Source of the DNA: Candidatus Nanohaloarchaea archaeon
GTDB taxonomy: Archaea > Nanohalarchaeota > Nanosalinia > Nanosalinales > Nanosalinaceae
DNA length: 64,000 nucleotides
Direction of reading: 5' to 3'
Assembly (NCBI GenBank): GCA_013343275.1
Contig: CP046106.1
Span: 448,001-512,000, forward strand
Below, one piece after another: positions 60,084 to 64,000 of this stretch. Numbering within the stretch: the first letter of the stretch is position 1; each line of letters opens with the position of its first letter. Under the pieces are notes generated by a model. It did not search any database, was not told where the DNA came from, and was given only the letters and a program-made list of their open reading frames with translations. A program made the translations under genes and the position numbers.

Positions 60084-60216
60084 CTTCTTTCTATGCTTAA
60101 ACCAGAAGATCTCTGATCTTCGGATCCACGCATCGAGGAAGACTAAGGCTTCTCACGTGCTCTAAGAAGCATTATTGAATGCTTCGTCACGTATTGAAGA
60201 GGATTAAACCTCTTCC
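60063..60216 (+). repeat. Three degenerate direct copies of the pcna 3' end, each followed by a partial inverted copy
   Basis: ccacgcatagaagaagattaa (60063), ccacgcatcgaggaagactaa (60126), tcacgtattgaagaggattaa (60187). Confidence 0.85.
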
Positions 60217-60265
60217 CACCTCTTATTTTTCCTAATTTTCTCATCTAAGTAAAAAGAAAGAAAAT

Positions 60266-60952
60266 TTATTTCTCTGATTCAGCGCCGAAGTAAACTACCG
60301 AATCTAGAGGCCCAGAGAAAGCATCCTGAACCCTCTCAACCACACCAGAGAACAGTTCGGAATCTGATTCCCTGTAGGCCCCGAAAGGTATCGGGAAATC
60401 ACTCTGGACATCATAATCAAGGCCTTCCAGCCATTCTTCAACTTCTTCATCGCTGTGAAGTGTACTGCCTTCCGGCATATCATCGTTCAGGTCAGCCATC
60501 CTGCCGTTGTATAGTTTTCTGGCGCTTGACTCGCTGAACACATCGAATACAAAACCTTCCTCTGCTACACGGTTCATCTCATCAATAACTTCTTCCTCAT
60601 CCCCTACAAGGTGGAAAAGCCTTGGAGCAACTATATAATCGAATGCATCGTCCTGATAAGGGAGTCTGTGAGCATCGACACGCACAGCATCTTCCACCCG
60701 GTTATTTGCGACTGCTGCCTGAAGAGGCTCCTGCTCTATATCCGCTGCAAAATTCTCGTAATCATCCAGATACTCTGAAAGCAGTGCAGGGCCTGAGCCT
60801 AGTTCAAGTATTTTATCTCCCTGTTGTGCGCCGAGGCCTTCAAGCATCTCCTCGAAGTTGTGGTTCTGTCTCTCGAGCACCTTCTTTCCGCCGGCGGAAG
60901 AGTACCTTCTCTCTACATAGGTTTCCGGGTCTCTGTATATTTCTTCAGGCAT
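60266..60952 (-). CDS. Class I SAM-dependent methyltransferase
   Basis: ILELGSGP, DAHRLPY.DDAFD, LFHL, EMNRV. Confidence 0.85.
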   Translation of the reverse strand: MPEEIYRDPETYVERRYSSAGGKKVLERQNHNFEEMLEGLGAQQGDKILELGSGPALLSEYLDDYENFAADIEQEPLQAAVANNRVEDAVRVDAHRLPYQDDAFDYIVAPRLFHLVGDEEEVIDEMNRVAEEGFVFDVFSESSARKLYNGRMADLNDDMPEGSTLHSDEEVEEWLEGLDYDVQSDFPIPFGAYRESDSELFSGVVERVQDAFSGPLDSVVYFGAESEK

Positions 60953-61036
60953 AGAGACTGTTTACGCAGAAACTTTTTTATCTGAAATCTCGATGTGAGG
61001 CCGGGATTTTTACAGTTTCCTACCGCAATACTAACC

Positions 61037-62440
61037 ATGTCAGAGAAGGGGGGTGAGAAGAGGCCGCAGGACTGGAAGATACGCCAGTACTACGAACAGG
61101 AAGGCCTTAAGGAGAAGATTCTTGACATAGCTGAGTACCGCGAGATCGCTCCTACCTACCCAAACGGTTACGGTAAAAGGCCTGATGCCATCAACTTTCC
61201 AGGCGACTTCCAGGCCCTGGTTGAGGACGGTGCGGTCGCGTTCCATGCCTCTGTTGAGCGGTGGCGTAACCCTCTGCTGATCGACAATGTTTCTGACCTG
61301 GATCAGCTGCGTGAGGCCTGGGATCTGGTAATAGATATCGACTGCGACCACTCATTTGAACTTGCGAAAGATACTGCAGAACTTGTTCTCCGCGAACTGA
61401 AGGATCACGGTATCGAGAATATCAGTGTAAAATTCTCCGGTAACCGTGGATTCCATATCGGAGTCAGGGGGGAGGCCTTCCCTCAGGAGATCGACCAGCA
61501 GGAAATCTCCGATCTATACCCTCGGCTTCCGCGAGGAATAATTGATTACATCCGCGAGAACCTCAGAGATGAAATGGTAGAGCTAATCAAAGAATACGGC
61601 CTGGAGGAGAAGATGGAGACCGACAACGGCAGGAAGCCGTACAAGGTCTCCGATATAGAGAATGACTGGGGTCAGCGCCACCTTTTCAGAATGCCTTACT
61701 CTCTGCACGACGGTTCGTGGCTGGTATCACTGCCGATCGAAATCGACCATATACAGGACTTCGAGAAAGAAGAGGCCGAGATCGACAATGTTGAGTTCGA
61801 AACCGATTTCCTCGACGAGTATGAGGAGGGAGAGGCCACTAACCTTGCAGTACAGGCCATGGATTTCCTGGCCGAGCAGGAGGAAGAGCGGAGGGAAGAG
61901 ATCCAGAAGAAGCAGGATCGAGATTTTGAGAGGCCTGAAGATGCTATCCCCGAACAGCATTTCCCTCCTACGATAAAGAATATTCTGGAAGGCCTAGAAG
62001 ATGGCCGTAAGAGAGGTCTATTTATTCTGCTTAATTTCTACCGTACCGTTGGTTATTCATGGGAGGAGATAGAGTCTAAAATCTGGTCGTGGAATGAACG
62101 GAATAAGGAAGAGCTTGGTGAGACTTACGTGAAGTCACAGCTTCGATGGCACCGTGAGAGAAGCGAGGACGTCCCTCCCCCAAACTACGATTCAAACGGT
62201 TACTACAAGGATATGGGCGTCTATGAAGGAGATAACCTAGAGGAGCAGGTTTCCAACCCTGTAAGTTATGCTTTCCGGAAGGCCAACAGGCGCCAGAACA
62301 GTGAAGAAGATGAAGAGGAAAGCAATGAGAGCGATGAGGTTATGGAGTGTCCTTACTGCGGCAAGGAGTACAAATCCGAAGGTTATTACAAGAAGCACGT
62401 GGAGCAGTGCAACGAGGACCTAGAGGTAAAAAAGCTTTAG
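61037..62440 (+). CDS. priSL: Fused DNA primase PriS-PriL(CTD)
   Basis: WDLVIDID, KFSGNRGFH, RMPYSLH (PriS) fused to FPPTIKNILEGLEDGRKR (PriL/PriX-like); C-terminal Zn finger. Confidence 0.9.
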   Translation: MSEKGGEKRPQDWKIRQYYEQEGLKEKILDIAEYREIAPTYPNGYGKRPDAINFPGDFQALVEDGAVAFHASVERWRNPLLIDNVSDLDQLREAWDLVIDIDCDHSFELAKDTAELVLRELKDHGIENISVKFSGNRGFHIGVRGEAFPQEIDQQEISDLYPRLPRGIIDYIRENLRDEMVELIKEYGLEEKMETDNGRKPYKVSDIENDWGQRHLFRMPYSLHDGSWLVSLPIEIDHIQDFEKEEAEIDNVEFETDFLDEYEEGEATNLAVQAMDFLAEQEEERREEIQKKQDRDFERPEDAIPEQHFPPTIKNILEGLEDGRKRGLFILLNFYRTVGYSWEEIESKIWSWNERNKEELGETYVKSQLRWHRERSEDVPPPNYDSNGYYKDMGVYEGDNLEEQVSNPVSYAFRKANRRQNSEEDEEESNESDEVMECPYCGKEYKSEGYYKKHVEQCNEDLEVKKL

Positions 62441-62458
62441 CAGGTGTAGAGTATATAG

Positions 62459-63139
62459 ATGTCAGAAAACGCGTTAACCTTCAGCGAACTTAGAAAGATA
62501 CAGAAAGAAGAGAAAAGAGAGGAAGACCTAACAGAGCTAGGAGAAGACTTCCTGTTACGAGTATCCAACTATCTGAGATCCAAAAAAGAGAAGTCAGGAG
62601 AAGGCCGCGAATACAAGAACGCCAAAAGAGTTTTCGAGAAAATTATATCGCTCAGAGAAGACAAAGTAGTTAAAAACGCCAAGATATCGGTCAAAACAGA
62701 AGATCTAAGTTCTGACGATCTCATGCTGCCAAGAGAAAAAGAACTCTACAGGCAGCTGAAGGAAGTATTCAACGACCACAGAAACAGGATTGACGAGATA
62801 GTGGATTCAAGCAGCGAGATAGAGGAACTAGAAACGCCGGAAACTCAGCCAGAGCCAGAAGCTACCGATGAGAGCCAGGAACAGGTGGACGGAGATACAG
62901 AAGAGGAAGAACCAGAAGTAGAGAACGACGAAGACAGTAGCGAGGAACAGGAAGGTGCTGAGAGCAGTGAAGAAGACGTAGAGGAAGGATATACCAAGGT
63001 AAAAATAACTTCAGAAGTTCCAGAGTTCATGGGAACCGATCTCGAAACCTACGGGCCTTTCGATGAAGGGGAAGAAGCCAGCCTACCGGAAGACAACGCA
63101 GAAATTCTCGTAAACCGCGGTAATGCCGAAGAACTGTAA
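62459..63139 (+). CDS. ginS: GINS complex protein (Gins15-like)
   Basis: A-domain (RE.KVV, PREKELY), acidic linker, B-domain (VPEFMGTDL..YGPF..G...LP..NA.IL). Confidence 0.88.
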   Translation: MSENALTFSELRKIQKEEKREEDLTELGEDFLLRVSNYLRSKKEKSGEGREYKNAKRVFEKIISLREDKVVKNAKISVKTEDLSSDDLMLPREKELYRQLKEVFNDHRNRIDEIVDSSSEIEELETPETQPEPEATDESQEQVDGDTEEEEPEVENDEDSSEEQEGAESSEEDVEEGYTKVKITSEVPEFMGTDLETYGPFDEGEEASLPEDNAEILVNRGNAEEL

Positions 63140-63151
63140 TCTATACTAAAA

Positions 63152-63790
63152 ATGGTATCAAAAGTCTACGCTGTCAGCGGATCGTTAATAACAGAAAACC
63201 TTGACGAGCTAGGAGAACTAGCAGAGGCCCTAGAGAAGAACGAGGACCAGATACTTGTCGTTACAGGAGCTGGAGGCCTCAAAGAGTATATCTATTCTGC
63301 GGGAGAGTTCGGCAACCAGGGAGAACAGGATCTGGTTGGCATCGCGGCCACACGCCTGAATGCAAAGACCTTGATGACAGCAATGGAGGCCTACCCAGAT
63401 ACTCCTGAGACTGCCGAGGAGATCAGGACGGCGGCCTCTACCGAATTGAACGTTGTGATGGGAGGCCTTACTCCAGGCCACTCTACTGATGCTGTAGCTG
63501 CTATTGCTGCAGAGCTTCTGGAGGCCGAACTGTATATAGCCACCAGTATTGACGGAGTCTACAACAAGAATCCTGAGGCCGAGGATGCGAAGAAGCTTGA
63601 TGAGGTTACTCCGGAAGAGCTGAAAGGTATTATCGACGGGAACAACGAGGCCGGGCGTCACGAGTTGATCGATTCGACCGCTGTTGAGATAATCGAGCGT
63701 TCACGGACGGAGACCAAGATTTTTGAGGGAACATTCGAGAATATTGAGAGGCCTGGCAGTGCTGACGGCACCAGGATTGTTCATGAGTAG
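63152..63790 (+). CDS. pyrH: UMP kinase (amino acid kinase family)
   Basis: D.VGIAATRLNA, MGG..PGHSTDAVA, DGVY.KNP. Confidence 0.88.
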   Translation: MVSKVYAVSGSLITENLDELGELAEALEKNEDQILVVTGAGGLKEYIYSAGEFGNQGEQDLVGIAATRLNAKTLMTAMEAYPDTPETAEEIRTAASTELNVVMGGLTPGHSTDAVAAIAAELLEAELYIATSIDGVYNKNPEAEDAKKLDEVTPEELKGIIDGNNEAGRHELIDSTAVEIIERSRTETKIFEGTFENIERPGSADGTRIVHE

Positions 63791-63844
63791 TTTCAGGAGT
63801 GATGGTTCGGAGGCCTTTTAAAGTTTAATCTCGAGGGTTTTGGT

Positions 63845-64000
63845 ATGGTAAAGATTCCAAAAGAGCAGAGAAGGTACTGTCCTCACTGCGATAAGCATAC
63901 GGAGCAGACAGTGAAAGAAGTTACTAATCGCTCCACAAGCCAGATGAGCAAGAAGCACCGTAAGCGTCAGAGAAAGATCGATAACGGTTACGGATCATTC
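63845..64000 (+). CDS. rpl44e: 50S ribosomal protein L44e (partial)
   Basis: Read by hand: MVKIPKEQRRYCPHCDKHTEQTV...RQRKIDNGYGSF, runs off the window end. Confidence 0.9.
   Translation, partial: MVKIPKEQRRYCPHCDKHTEQTVKEVTNRSTSQMSKKHRKRQRKIDNGYGSF

Noticed and set aside
60063-60207. CRISPR mini-array
   Set aside because: Only three 21-nt units, which are the pcna coding end with synonymous changes. The spacers resemble each other and no cas genes are present.
4136-63661. Numerous antisense or alternate-frame ORFs rich in Ser/Leu/Phe
   Set aside because: Shadows of acidic-protein genes; no motifs and non-host composition.

Overview
Gene-dense archaeal chromosome segment with a strongly acidic (D/E-rich) proteome, a fused PriS-PriL primase and very short intergenic regions. 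This is most consistent with a halophilic DPANN archaeon (Nanohaloarchaeota-like); the assignment is an inference. It carries translation genes (valS, aRF1, gltX, gatD/gatE, rnj, partial rpl44e), replication and repair genes (rfcS/rfcL, pcna, priSL, GINS, lhr, XPB, photolyase-like), a thermosome, an ABC-2 exporter and two tRNAs, Val(GAC) and an intron-containing CAT tRNA. It also has a ~10 kb type IV pilus operon with seven class III signal-peptide proteins, one carrying a Gly-rich adhesin-like domain. The most unusual signals, all read by hand: (1) the tRNA(CAT) intron looks like a self-targeting box C/D guide for C34; (2) two unannotated paralogous zinc-finger microproteins have non-AUG starts and SD-sequestering leaders; (3) the last 7 codons of pcna recur three times with almost only synonymous changes, each followed by a partial inverted copy; (4) the palindrome AGGCCT is strongly over-represented. 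No transposase, integrase or CRISPR-cas locus was recognised.
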